From IMG/VR virus record IMGVR_UViG_3300042894_003697: DNA of 64,000 nucleotides. The stretch is one strand, 5' to 3'. The stretch's first letter is position 1. Each line of letters starts with the position of its first letter. This stretch comes from an uncultured virus (IMG/VR IMGVR_UViG_3300042894_003697). Lineage: Duplodnaviria; Heunggongvirae; Uroviricota; Caudoviricetes. Shown here piece by piece: positions 18,218 through 28,390 of this stretch. Made by a program: the position numbers and the translations under genes. The notes under the pieces were generated by a model. That model had not been told where the DNA came from. It was given only the letters and a program-made list of their open reading frames with translations, and searched no databases.

Positions 18218-19120
18218 TTATACTACATCATCTAGACTGGAGTAAACCGGACCGGACAACGCCATCATTGAATGTTTGCCAGTGTTTTGTCGCGTCCATG
18301 ACGGATTGAGACCATTCATTTCTAATATGTCGTCTCTGATATTTTGATTTTTCTTTTCTAAATTCAAGATACGAGTAAAGCTATTAGTGATAGCGGCAGT
18401 ATAATACGCAAAAGGGTTCTGCGATTTTGATTCATCGAACTGAAGTCCGATTTGACTGAGCTGCAACAGGGCTTGTCCGCGCATTTCTTCATTGTAGGTG
18501 TATCCTCTCCAATTTGATCGTGTGGCATAACGCTCACATAACTTCATAAACATAGTAGCCAACTTGCGAGTCATTTCGCCATGATCTCTGCTGAACTCGC
18601 CGTTGACTAAATCGCCTTTCCAATGGCTTTTGCCCACAAGATAAGGAACTTTATTTTCATCTAAGCGATAGTGATAAAATGGAGGAAAGTTTAATCTAAC
18701 ATGTTTGGGATCCAACACAGGAATTTCCACCAGTTCTGCCAATGGATCTTCCTCCTCCATTTCCAGTTCAAAAATATCTTGAAGCTTTTGTTTTTTGGCC
18801 TCAGCTTTGGTAATCTTTTTAGGCGCCATTGGAATATGCTCCCAACAGGTTATCCTAAACACAAGATCAGTGTTGGCAATCTTTTTAGGATCTACAATTA
18901 TACCTTCACGTTTGAGCCGGTCTGCACGATTGCGCCGCGCCTCGGCCACAGTTTTTTGATTGATTTTGTTAACTGCTGGTAAAATAATATCGTATTGGTG
19001 ATCCAATTTGGGATCACGGAATGTGCAATATGTATTTTTACTTGAATGTATTTCTTTAAGAATATCTCTGTTGTTGAGATAGTTGACTTTGGCTGGGGTT
19101 CTAGCTATAGTTTCTGCCAC
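18218..19120 (-). CDS. gp55: Late-transcription sigma factor (gp55)
   Basis: NYLNNRDIL, NWRGYTYNEEM, FDESKSQNPFAYYT...NSF.R.LN.EKK. Start is GTG 19120 with AGGAGA SD. Confidence 0.9.
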   Translation of the reverse strand: MAETIARTPAKVNYLNNRDILKEIHSSKNTYCTFRDPKLDHQYDIILPAVNKINQKTVAEARRNRADRLKREGIIVDPKKIANTDLVFRITCWEHIPMAPKKITKAEAKKQKLQDIFELEMEEEDPLAELVEIPVLDPKHVRLNFPPFYHYRLDENKVPYLVGKSHWKGDLVNGEFSRDHGEMTRKLATMFMKLCERYATRSNWRGYTYNEEMRGQALLQLSQIGLQFDESKSQNPFAYYTAAITNSFTRILNLEKKNQNIRDDILEMNGLNPSWTRQNTGKHSMMALSGPVYSSLDDVV

Positions 19121-19139
19121 TGATGTTCTCCTGAATATA

Positions 19140-19172
19140 TATTTATTGTAGCACAAACACAACAGTTGTCAA
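19140..19172 (-). promoter_or_regulatory. Sigma70-like promoter (TTGACA-16nt-TACAAT, extended TG) overlapping a late TAAATA, upstream of gp55
   Basis: Minus strand reads TTGACAactgttgtgtttgTGcTACAATAAATA. Confidence 0.7.
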
Positions 19173-19206
19173 CCTTAATCATTATATTTGCCGATTATTT
19201 TACTGG

Positions 19207-19212
19207 TAAATA
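19207..19212 (+). promoter_or_regulatory. Late-promoter-like TAAATA for the baseplate operon
   Basis: GGTAAATA 17 nt before ATG 19230. Confidence 0.55.
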
Positions 19213-19229
19213 CTGGACAGAGAACAAAC

Positions 19230-20669
19230 ATGGCCGGACTAACACCAGAAGAACAAGCATTTTATATAGAGGACCTTGCACGAGTAACTGAGTCTATTGC
19301 TTTTCTGCAACAAAGGATTGCAGAAAATCAAACGGCTATCAACGAAGCACAGGTTCAAATCAATGCGGCCCAACAGACTATTGCAATTGATCAAGCTAAC
19401 TTAAATAATCCAGATGTTGATCCTGCCTTCTTGCCGGATATTCGTGAAAACATCGTTGAAGCACAAGCAAGTATCAATCAAAATCAAATTGTTATTCAAC
19501 AATCAACCAACACTATTGCAGTAGACCAAAATCAACTTGGTGAACTGGAATTATTTCAGGAACGAGATCAAGAAGCATTAACAGGAACTGCATCACCTAG
19601 TCCGGTTTCTACCACTGTAAATGTCCAATCAGTGACCACGGCAGTGGGGGTACCGGTCAGTCAAATAGCTCAATCTGCTGGTGCAGTACCAAACAACATT
19701 GCCAGGCCAGCAGCATACAACAGCAATGGACAGTTAAATCCAGGCTATGTATTGGATGAAAACAACAATCCTGTGTTTGTGGGTGTCAACACCGCGGCCA
19801 CACCTGTGTCAACTTCGCAGCTGTCAGCGGCACAACAACAGGCCACACTTAGACTGGCTCAACAACAACAGACTATTGCTGCCCAACAACGCACAGTAAA
19901 CTATGGAGATTGGCGAGTCAAGCTAAGTCTGGCGCCCAATGCCAAATATTTGTACAATTCTAGCAATCCTGGGATACTGCAACCATTGTCCAGCAACAAA
20001 GGCACAGGCGGTGTTATATTTCCCTACACTCCGTCAATAGATACTGCGTATCGAGCCAACTATAGCAACTATGATTTAACACATTCGAACTATCGAGGAT
20101 ATTTTTATCAAAACAGCTATGTGGATGCAGTAAGCATGCGAGCTACGTTTACTGCTCAGAACACCAATGAAGCAAACTATCTGCTGGCAGTAATACATTT
20201 TTTCCGTTCAGTGACAAAAATGTTTTACGGGGCCAATGACAGTCTACGAGGATCACCGCCACCATTGGTATTTTTAACCGGACTAGGGTCTTATCAGTTT
20301 GCACAACATCCCTGTGTGGTAAGTAGTTTTGCTTATAATTTACCATCAGATGTAGACTATATCCGGGCACTGAGCAACAGCAATCTTGGAACCAATCAAC
20401 AAAATCAACAAATAAATCAAAGCACAATTCCCACAAACGGGTCAACCAGCAGCGATAGATTGGCCAATAATGGGCTACCAGCTGGTGCCACTGCCACACC
20501 AAATCCTGCGCCAAACACTGCAGATTTATTAAACTCACCTACCTATGTGCCAACTAAATTAGAAATGACAATAACTTTACTGCCTATACAAAGTCGTCAA
20601 CAAGTAAGTCAAAATTTTAACATGCAAGATTTTGCCAGTGGATCATTGTTAAATGGAGGATACTGGTAA
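19230..20669 (+). CDS. Baseplate tail-tube cap/initiator-like structural protein with N-terminal Gln-rich coiled coil
   Basis: DWRVKLSL, GVIFPYTP, THSNY, FFRSVTKMFYG, PPPLVFLTG; tube-like domain directly before the LysM wedge gene. Start moved to ATG 19230. Confidence 0.6.
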   Translation: MAGLTPEEQAFYIEDLARVTESIAFLQQRIAENQTAINEAQVQINAAQQTIAIDQANLNNPDVDPAFLPDIRENIVEAQASINQNQIVIQQSTNTIAVDQNQLGELELFQERDQEALTGTASPSPVSTTVNVQSVTTAVGVPVSQIAQSAGAVPNNIARPAAYNSNGQLNPGYVLDENNNPVFVGVNTAATPVSTSQLSAAQQQATLRLAQQQQTIAAQQRTVNYGDWRVKLSLAPNAKYLYNSSNPGILQPLSSNKGTGGVIFPYTPSIDTAYRANYSNYDLTHSNYRGYFYQNSYVDAVSMRATFTAQNTNEANYLLAVIHFFRSVTKMFYGANDSLRGSPPPLVFLTGLGSYQFAQHPCVVSSFAYNLPSDVDYIRALSNSNLGTNQQNQQINQSTIPTNGSTSSDRLANNGLPAGATATPNPAPNTADLLNSPTYVPTKLEMTITLLPIQSRQQVSQNFNMQDFASGSLLNGGYW

Positions 20670-20968
20670 TGGCTTCATACGATTCAACTAGTCCTTATTA
20701 TCTCACTGGGTATAGTCAGTTTTTCTTAGATACTATGATCAATCGTCCCATACCCAAACAACCAGATGATATATTGTTCAAACTAAATTTGACTTATCAA
20801 TACCGACCAGATTTACTAGCATTTGATTTGTACAAAGATTCACGATTGTGGTGGGTGTTTTATCAAAGAAACCCCAATACATTACAGGCGCCACCATTGG
20901 ATTTTGCCGCTGGTGTTGCTATATATTTGCCAAAACTTGCTACACTAAAGTCAGCATTGGGATTCTAA
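20669..20968 (+). CDS. gp53: Baseplate wedge LysM-like protein (gp53-like)
   Basis: YRPDLLAFDLY.DSRLWWVF...N...IYLP motif. Confidence 0.8.
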   Translation: MASYDSTSPYYLTGYSQFFLDTMINRPIPKQPDDILFKLNLTYQYRPDLLAFDLYKDSRLWWVFYQRNPNTLQAPPLDFAAGVAIYLPKLATLKSALGF

Positions 20969-20969
20969 C

Positions 20970-22421
20970 ATGTCGCAACCACCTATCGCCAGTTCTGGAG
21001 TTATAGCAAGTGTTCAGCAGACTGCCAAAGATGACGGTGCTTTAAATCAAGACCCCAATCAACCTGGTACTGTGCTGACATTAGACGGCAGAATTATACC
21101 AGCTGGAACTCCTACTGCTACTCCTGCTGCTTCAAATACCACGGTGGTCAATGGGCAAACAATATCAGCCACTGATGAAGCAGGAACAAATGCTCCTTTA
21201 AAATCTATAACCCAGACGCAGGCTACTCCTCCGTACAACCCTAATTTGACTGCTCCAGTTGGTACACTGGGCAGTGGAACATTTGGCATTTTAAATCAAG
21301 ACGGTAGTCAAGCAGGACCTAACAGTGGTGTTGGGCAATTTTTTGCTGCAGGGCAACTTCCTGGAGCAGGGTCTGGATCAGGGGTCAACAATTTGGCTAA
21401 CCAAAGCGATGACAATCCGGGGGCTACCAATGCTCCTGCAGGAACACAACAGGTGTTAACACAAACATTTGCTGGACAAATCGTCACACAACAAAATCAA
21501 TTGGATCGATATGCCAGTTATACCTATGCACTGTCGTGGTACTTGCTAACACCAGAACAATATAGTATTTTTCAAACAGGATCAAAAAATTCATCGTTGT
21601 GGATGTTATTGATGCAGAGCGGCGGTGCTGCGGCTACTCCTACACAGTCTTTTGAAAATAGTGAACAAACATCTTCTAGCATGGGAGGACGTAGCCAATT
21701 TTTTCCCTATGATTTCTACATGGATGATTTAGAAATTACTACATTAGTTCCATTGGGAGGTACAGGGTTGTGTCATAGTGCCACTGATATAAAATTTAAA
21801 ATTGTTGAGCCCAATGGCATTACTTTAATCAATAACTTGTACAACGCAGTAACTACGTTGTACAAACAACCTCAGACAACCTCTACCGCAACAACAGTCA
21901 ATACCAATGCTACCACGTCTATTCAAAATCCCAATTACCCAATGGCACATTACTGTATGGTCATACATTTTTATGGATATGACCAACAAGGCAATTTGGT
22001 TGCACCTGCTACAGGTTCTTATGGCCCCAATGGCGGCCGTGCCGCAACTGATCCTACAGCAGTGATAGAAAAATATTATCCATTTATTATAACAAATTTA
22101 AAATATAGAATGGCCAATAAACAAATTGAATATGAATTAACCGGCAAGCCACAAGCACAGAATTATAATCTTGGTACTGATCGCGGCAGTATCCCGTTTA
22201 ACTTTAATCTAGCAGGAACCACAGTGGGACAATTGCTGTCAGGTACTGGAATCAGCACTCAAACCAATACCGCAGATCCCGGTGCCAGAATAACCAACCC
22301 TACTCCGCCATCAGCAGGTGCAGGCAGAGGATTTGTCAATCCTCCATTGGTAGGTGATACCAATCCTTCCTATGTCAACAGCACCAATGGTAGCGAATCT
22401 GTTATAGGAATTGATTTTTAA
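20970..22421 (+). CDS. Baseplate hub-like protein, N-terminal part
   Basis: NQLDRYASYTYALS, DFYMDDLEI, FKIVEPNG; position between gp53 and gp5. Confidence 0.55.
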   Translation: MSQPPIASSGVIASVQQTAKDDGALNQDPNQPGTVLTLDGRIIPAGTPTATPAASNTTVVNGQTISATDEAGTNAPLKSITQTQATPPYNPNLTAPVGTLGSGTFGILNQDGSQAGPNSGVGQFFAAGQLPGAGSGSGVNNLANQSDDNPGATNAPAGTQQVLTQTFAGQIVTQQNQLDRYASYTYALSWYLLTPEQYSIFQTGSKNSSLWMLLMQSGGAAATPTQSFENSEQTSSSMGGRSQFFPYDFYMDDLEITTLVPLGGTGLCHSATDIKFKIVEPNGITLINNLYNAVTTLYKQPQTTSTATTVNTNATTSIQNPNYPMAHYCMVIHFYGYDQQGNLVAPATGSYGPNGGRAATDPTAVIEKYYPFIITNLKYRMANKQIEYELTGKPQAQNYNLGTDRGSIPFNFNLAGTTVGQLLSGTGISTQTNTADPGARITNPTPPSAGAGRGFVNPPLVGDTNPSYVNSTNGSESVIGIDF

Positions 22422-22436
22422 TTATTTTTAAATCCT

Positions 22437-24116
22437 ATGGTAACAAGTAATAATTTTTTTGGCAACAACGGCGGCGGAGCAGCATTTGGTAACCCTACCA
22501 TTGCTCGGCAAGGTCAAACATCTGGGGCAACTCAGATTAGCAATGCAGGAGCTGGTCGAGGATTTGTTAATCCAACTTTTGTTGATCCATCTTTGTCTCC
22601 TCCCAAGGCGCCTGCTGCACAAGCCAAAACCAATGCGGTTTATTCTAGTCTAGTTGATGCATTGAATCAAAATCAAGCAAAGTTAGTTCGAGACCGCAAA
22701 CAAGAAATTGCAGATCAGTATATTATAGAATTTGCACCACAAGACTTGGCTGCCAGTGGATTAAAAAAACCCGGCGAAGTGAATTCTGAAAACACTGCCA
22801 TGCAAAACAACAACACTGCAGCCAGTGTGTTAAATCCATCAACCAACTTTATTGACTACAATAGTCAAGGTTGGCAAGTCACTGCTGGCACACAAATAGT
22901 ACAACTAATTGATCAAGTCATGCGCAGTAGTACCTATATAAGCAATCAACAATCAACAGTGATAGATGATGACGGGCAAAGTAAAGCAAATCCTTCATCT
23001 ACTGCTAGCACCGCATGGTATAAAATTTCAGTGCAAGCTACACCACTGGGCTACGATCATATCAGACATGATTTTGCCTATCAACTAAGATATGTTATAA
23101 GTCCTTATGCCATAAATCAAGCTGCCAGTCAATATTTTCCAGACAGTAGATATCGAGGAAGTCATAAAAGCTATAACTATTGGTTCACTGGATTAAACAC
23201 ACAAATACTAGATTTTGCGCAAGAGTATAACAATCTTTATAGAATAGTCATAAGTGGTATTGGAGCTGATCTCAAACAAAATGTAACTAGTGATTTTAGA
23301 GATCAATTTCGTAGAACTTATATGCCTACCAGTGCAGTGCAAACCCAAGGCGGCAATCCCAACTATGTTTCAGAGCCAGGCAGCAATCTGGCAGATTTTT
23401 TATACAGCCCTACAGACCAAGCCAAATGCCGGCTTAAAATTGTAGGAGATCCTGCATGGTTGCAACAAGGAGAAGTAGGGCCTGGCATTGGATCAGTCAC
23501 TCAATTTGATTTTCGTCCTTTCAATGCTGACGGTAGCATAAATTATGACAGTCAACAAGTTGTATTTGACATCAGTTGGAATAGACCTTCTGATTATAAT
23601 CTCAGCACCGGTACCGTAGACATTCAAAACAACAAGTACGGCCAGCCATTGGAAAATGTAACATACACTGCAATCAAATGCAAAAGTACATTTAATCGCG
23701 GCAGATTTGAACAAGAGATAGATGGTCGGGCTCTGATTGAATTTAACAAAAATGGACAGAGTCAAGCAGCAGCTGATGCTGAGGGTCGTAATGCTGGAGG
23801 AGGTCAAAGTTCAAGTGCATTTGCTGCAGTTGATCCACGCAGGGTTGACCTAGCAAGAACTGGAACTGGCAGCGGAGCAGGTTCCAGTGCATTTGCTGCA
23901 ATTGATCCACGCAGAGTTGACCTAGGGATCAACCCCAGTCCAGACTCAACAAGTCAAGTATCACCAAGTAATCCTGCTCCGCAGCCAGCAACACCACCTA
24001 CTGCACCAACCAGCAACGGCGATATAAATTCTACCAACGGCAATACTCCACTGGATCAAACAGTTGGATACGACAACGCAGATCAAACATCACAATTCAT
24101 GAATAGGGAAGCATAA
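22437..24116 (+). CDS. Baseplate hub-like protein, C-terminal part
   Basis: KSYNYWFTGLNTQILDF, LKIVGDPAWL, STFNRGRFEQ. Same frame as the upstream ORF, separated by one TAA. Confidence 0.55.
   Translation: MVTSNNFFGNNGGGAAFGNPTIARQGQTSGATQISNAGAGRGFVNPTFVDPSLSPPKAPAAQAKTNAVYSSLVDALNQNQAKLVRDRKQEIADQYIIEFAPQDLAASGLKKPGEVNSENTAMQNNNTAASVLNPSTNFIDYNSQGWQVTAGTQIVQLIDQVMRSSTYISNQQSTVIDDDGQSKANPSSTASTAWYKISVQATPLGYDHIRHDFAYQLRYVISPYAINQAASQYFPDSRYRGSHKSYNYWFTGLNTQILDFAQEYNNLYRIVISGIGADLKQNVTSDFRDQFRRTYMPTSAVQTQGGNPNYVSEPGSNLADFLYSPTDQAKCRLKIVGDPAWLQQGEVGPGIGSVTQFDFRPFNADGSINYDSQQVVFDISWNRPSDYNLSTGTVDIQNNKYGQPLENVTYTAIKCKSTFNRGRFEQEIDGRALIEFNKNGQSQAAADAEGRNAGGGQSSSAFAAVDPRRVDLARTGTGSGAGSSAFAAIDPRRVDLGINPSPDSTSQVSPSNPAPQPATPPTAPTSNGDINSTNGNTPLDQTVGYDNADQTSQFMNREA
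23811..23925 (+). repeat. Two 43-nt direct repeats (period 72) encoding SSAFAA(V/I)DPRRVDL
   Basis: 23811-23853 versus 23883-23925, three mismatches. Confidence 0.9.
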
Positions 24117-25690
24117 TGGCAGGAGAAAATCTACCACGAAGTACAGGCAGAGCAAGTAATTTTAAATTTGACCGCGGAGGCATGCCTGCTGAATTTGGGC
24201 CGTACATTGGAATGGTCAAAAATAATATCGATCCAACCCGCCAAGGAAGACTACAGGTATACATTGAGCAATTTGCCTCTGGCACGCCAGACAATCCAAA
24301 TTCATGGCGAACAGTTAGTTATTGTCCACCTTTCTACGGACTAACTCCTAAGTCCGGAACCAGTGCTGGAGTTGGCGGATACACTCCTGGAAATCAACAA
24401 AGTTACGGCATGTGGTTTACACCACCGGACATTGGAGTCAGTGTATTGTGTGTGTTTGTGGAAGGAGATCCCAGTAAAGGCTATTACATAGGTTGTATTC
24501 CAGAGCCTGGTATTAATCACATGATTCCTGCCATTGGAAGTGCACCAGCTGCACAAGCCACCACACAAAATGACACACAGGCCAGTTATTTCAATGGATC
24601 TGCTAGTTTGCCAGTTACTGAAATAAATGCTGACAACACTGCCATTGGTGATAGTCCACAATTTTGGAAACAAAATAAACCTGTGCACAGTTATGTGGCT
24701 GCCACCCTGTTTCAACAAGGACTGATCAATGATCCTGTGCGTGGGCCTATTGCATCAAGTAGTCAACGAGAAAGCCCTAGCAACTGTTACGGCATTTCAA
24801 CTCCGGGCCGTGCAATTTATCAAGGCGGAATAGATGACGCTGATGCTGGAGACACAGCTGCACAATTGACACCGCAAGATGTTAATGTGATTGGTCGACG
24901 TGGAGGTCACACTTTTGTAATGGACGATGGCGATGTAAACGGCAGCAATAATCTTGTACGGATTCGCACTGCCAAAGGTCATCAGATCACCATGAGTGAT
25001 GATGGCAATGCTTTTTATATCTGTCATGCCAATGGTCAGACCTGGGTCGAACTTGGTCAAGAAGGCACACTAGATGTATTTTCAACCAACAGTATAAACT
25101 TACGTACACAAGGTACATTGAATTTTCATGCAGATCAAGACATAAACATGTACGCTGGCGGAATTGTAAATATCAAAAGCAAAGGTTCAACTGCTATTCA
25201 AAGCGATGGCAATATGAATTTTGCCAACAAAGGTAGTATCACCATGTATGCCACAAAAAGTATGGGAATTAAAGCAGGAACCAGTTTGGCTATTAGCAGT
25301 AATTTAGGCAGTTGGAGTGCAGGAGCAACATTGAGTTTGTCAGGCGGACTCATATTCTTGAATGGTGGCCCTACACTGCCTGTCAGTGCGCCCACTGGTA
25401 TAACAAACTACATACAACCAGATGTGAAATTTAACGCCTCCTCGGGCTGGACCGTGGACCCGGCAGGTCTAACCAGTGCAGTGACCAGAGCACCCACGCA
25501 TGAACCTTGGCCTTACCACAATCAAGGAGTGCAAGCCAGCGTAAATTTAGGAACTGCACAACCAACTTCTCCTCCTGGTGCTCCTACCATGCCGGCTGAT
25601 ATCAGTATAACTGCCACTGACACTGTGACATCAGTGGCCACTGATGCCATTGATCAGTTTAATACAGATTCTGGGACAAACTTTCCATAA
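24116..25690 (+). CDS. gp5: Baseplate central spike (gp5/VgrG-like OB fold plus beta-helix), no lysozyme domain seen
   Basis: NIDPTRQGRLQVYI, SYGMWFTPPDIG, GHTFVMDDG, IRTAKGHQI, C-terminal APTHEPWPYH. Confidence 0.85.
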   Translation: MAGENLPRSTGRASNFKFDRGGMPAEFGPYIGMVKNNIDPTRQGRLQVYIEQFASGTPDNPNSWRTVSYCPPFYGLTPKSGTSAGVGGYTPGNQQSYGMWFTPPDIGVSVLCVFVEGDPSKGYYIGCIPEPGINHMIPAIGSAPAAQATTQNDTQASYFNGSASLPVTEINADNTAIGDSPQFWKQNKPVHSYVAATLFQQGLINDPVRGPIASSSQRESPSNCYGISTPGRAIYQGGIDDADAGDTAAQLTPQDVNVIGRRGGHTFVMDDGDVNGSNNLVRIRTAKGHQITMSDDGNAFYICHANGQTWVELGQEGTLDVFSTNSINLRTQGTLNFHADQDINMYAGGIVNIKSKGSTAIQSDGNMNFANKGSITMYATKSMGIKAGTSLAISSNLGSWSAGATLSLSGGLIFLNGGPTLPVSAPTGITNYIQPDVKFNASSGWTVDPAGLTSAVTRAPTHEPWPYHNQGVQASVNLGTAQPTSPPGAPTMPADISITATDTVTSVATDAIDQFNTDSGTNFP

Positions 25691-27918
25691 TGTCTATATT
25701 TAAATACACACTGGCTTCGGGAGATAACTTTACTCTTAGAGCTCCTGCAGGAACCACTCAGGGGCAAGCCGACTCGGTATTTTATTCGCAAGTGGCAGCA
25801 GGTAGTCTAGTAGGATATGCGCCAGGGCAAACTCTTACCAGTGCGTTTGCACAATCAACAAAATTTCAACTAAGTCGTTTAGATCGCGGCAGTGCCGGAG
25901 TAGATGATATTGCAGTGTTGTCAGTGATATCTGGGCTTCCGGTAATTTCTGCAACATTGCCATCATCAATTAACACTGCGTTATCAAACCCTGTAAACGC
26001 TGGAAATGTCATAGGCATTGTGTCAGACAGCACTGGATACAACAATGGCAGCAATCTCAATGCTCCTGCTATTGGACCACTGAGTTCTGCTCAGGTGCAA
26101 GCGGTACAGGCACAGATTATAAATTTTGTTAACCAACCTGCAAACACAATAACAGTACCAGGTGCTGGTGCCAGTGGTGCCGGCGTTGGCCAATACGGAT
26201 TTACTGCGCAACAACTGGAACAGTCCGGCTATCTTAAGCCTGGTATCAGTGAATTTATAACTAATGGTAACGAAAGCATAACCGGTCCAACTGACTTTCC
26301 TATAAACACGTTGGTTCATTATGATGTGACAGGTGTACCAAACACTACTTTTAGTTGGCAATCCATTGGGAGTTCAAATCCCAATGGATTCACTCAAGGA
26401 GGGCCGTTTACTTTCGACGGCAATGGCACTATTCTACCTATTTTCACCCAACATGGTATACCAGGCACTTATCAATACTATGGATTTTTTAGCACAGGAC
26501 ATACTTTTACTTGGACAATGTATGTTCCGTTTGTTGGTAAAATTGGCCCAAATTACACAAAAAGAACTGCAGGAAATTTTGTACAAGTGTTGGATGCTCC
26601 TGGAGTATGGACTGGCAAAGATGGCATCAACTCATTAAATAACTTGTTGGCAAGTCCATTGGTACAAAATATTGCTCAAACCACACTGATGCAAAATGCC
26701 TACAGCGGGTTAACAGCAACAGGAGTGATACAACCACCAGTGACGCAACCTTCAATCAGCCAAGGACAAATATATACACAAACTGGTTTACAACAAGTAT
26801 CAGCAGTGAGTTTAGCAATTAATTCTGCACTAGCTGTTCCTGGAGTGGTGCAATCTTCTTTGTCAAACTTTCCAATAGTTGCACTGACATCTGCCGCAGT
26901 TGCAGTGACTGACACATTGGCCAGCGGCGCCATTGACAATCTAAACACTGGCGCTTATTCCATAGTGTCAGATAATACTAGTCGAGTCAATAGTATAGTC
27001 ACCGGCACCACGGCGGCATTGGTATCCACTGCTAGTAAATTTGGTACTTTAGCAGTGAATAATTATATCACTCAAACTTTAGGCAGCAACCCAGCATCAA
27101 GACTAGCACGAACTTATGTAAACAACGCTATAAATCAAGCTACAAATAGTGTAATAAGAGGAGTTTCTTCCACAGTAACAGGATTAATAAACGGCACTAC
27201 CAGTATCAATCAAATTGCCACATTGGCAAAATCATCTGATTTTGCCAGTACACTGGCTGATCCCAGCACTGTGTTGTCTTCAAGCAACACTGGCGAAATA
27301 ATAGAGTCGGGCATTAACAATGTAACAAGCTTTGTTAACAGTGCTGGAACTAACATTAATAATGCAGTTGACAGGATAACCGCTGGAAATTTCAATTATT
27401 CAGGGCTGGCACAAGTTGGCATAGGATTAGCTGCAAACAGATTAGGAATAAGCCAATCTACTGTTAATGCTGTACAGACTGGATTACAGGTGGCCAGGGC
27501 ACTGTCCACTGGTGGCCTAAGTGCTCTTGCAAATCCTGGTGTGATACGCAGTATCACTGGATTGCTTGGAGGAAGTAGTTTACTGAGCAGTAGTTCCTTG
27601 AGCGCATTGAGAACAGTGGCCAGAATACCGGGACTAGGAGTAATCATGGGCGGCCTCCTGGGCGGTGGTGGCTTGGCCGGACAAACTAGACAAGCAGCAG
27701 GATTTAGCAATACTGTCAATCGTGCCATAGTAGATGTGGCGGTTTCAAAAATCTTAGGCAGTAATAAAATTCCTGCGCCAGTCTATGGATACCCATCTCG
27801 TCGAGCATTGGCGCCAGCAACAAATATATTGCAAGCTCAGAATGTATTGGCTAAATCTAATTTGCCAACTCAAGCAGTTTTAGGTGGACAATCTATTGAT
27901 ATATCTGGACCAAATTGA
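25690..27918 (+). CDS. Virion structural protein (baseplate-associated), Ser/Thr/Gly/Asn-rich
   Basis: Lies between gp5 and gp25; GVGQYGF...LEQSGYLKPG and VWTGKDGINS segments flank a beta-rich insert. Confidence 0.55.
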   Translation: MSIFKYTLASGDNFTLRAPAGTTQGQADSVFYSQVAAGSLVGYAPGQTLTSAFAQSTKFQLSRLDRGSAGVDDIAVLSVISGLPVISATLPSSINTALSNPVNAGNVIGIVSDSTGYNNGSNLNAPAIGPLSSAQVQAVQAQIINFVNQPANTITVPGAGASGAGVGQYGFTAQQLEQSGYLKPGISEFITNGNESITGPTDFPINTLVHYDVTGVPNTTFSWQSIGSSNPNGFTQGGPFTFDGNGTILPIFTQHGIPGTYQYYGFFSTGHTFTWTMYVPFVGKIGPNYTKRTAGNFVQVLDAPGVWTGKDGINSLNNLLASPLVQNIAQTTLMQNAYSGLTATGVIQPPVTQPSISQGQIYTQTGLQQVSAVSLAINSALAVPGVVQSSLSNFPIVALTSAAVAVTDTLASGAIDNLNTGAYSIVSDNTSRVNSIVTGTTAALVSTASKFGTLAVNNYITQTLGSNPASRLARTYVNNAINQATNSVIRGVSSTVTGLINGTTSINQIATLAKSSDFASTLADPSTVLSSSNTGEIIESGINNVTSFVNSAGTNINNAVDRITAGNFNYSGLAQVGIGLAANRLGISQSTVNAVQTGLQVARALSTGGLSALANPGVIRSITGLLGGSSLLSSSSLSALRTVARIPGLGVIMGGLLGGGGLAGQTRQAAGFSNTVNRAIVDVAVSKILGSNKIPAPVYGYPSRRALAPATNILQAQNVLAKSNLPTQAVLGGQSIDISGPN

Positions 27919-27960
27919 TGCATACAGCACTGCCGCATGACAACCTCTAATTTGCCACGG

Positions 27961-27966
27961 TAAATA
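27961..27966 (+). promoter_or_regulatory. Late-promoter-like TAAATA, 4 nt before the gp25 ATG
   Basis: GGTAAATAcaacATG, no SD. Confidence 0.6.
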
Positions 27967-27970
27967 CAAC

Positions 27971-28345
27971 ATGGCCACATTCATTGGATTTAACACTATC
28001 AATCAGTATAAAAAATTTACTGTGGTTGATTTTGACTTGATCAAAATTGATCTTTTAAATGCGTTTAACATACGTCAAGGACAACTAGTGGGACGTCCAG
28101 GATACGGCACTACACTTTGGAACAACTTGTTTGAAAATCAAACACAAGAAACTCTGGCCAGTGTATACAACGAGATCCAAAGAGTTGTGTCAGGTGATCC
28201 CAGAGTGTATGTGAGCTCTCTACAAGTGTTTCCGCAACAAAACGGTTTATTAATACAACTTGCACTGGCAACAGTTGCTGGACAAGATGCCAAACTACTG
28301 AGTATATTCTTTGACCAGGGTGTCGGGGTTGCTACCTACGTTTAA
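27971..28345 (+). CDS. gp25: Baseplate wedge subunit (gp25-like)
   Basis: LIKIDLLNAFNIRQG...PGYGT.LW..LFE...DPRV. Confidence 0.85.
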   Translation: MATFIGFNTINQYKKFTVVDFDLIKIDLLNAFNIRQGQLVGRPGYGTTLWNNLFENQTQETLASVYNEIQRVVSGDPRVYVSSLQVFPQQNGLLIQLALATVAGQDAKLLSIFFDQGVGVATYV

Positions 28346-28390
28346 CTACGCAGTTTATTTTTTCCATAAATAATAAGAATAGGAAGAGAC

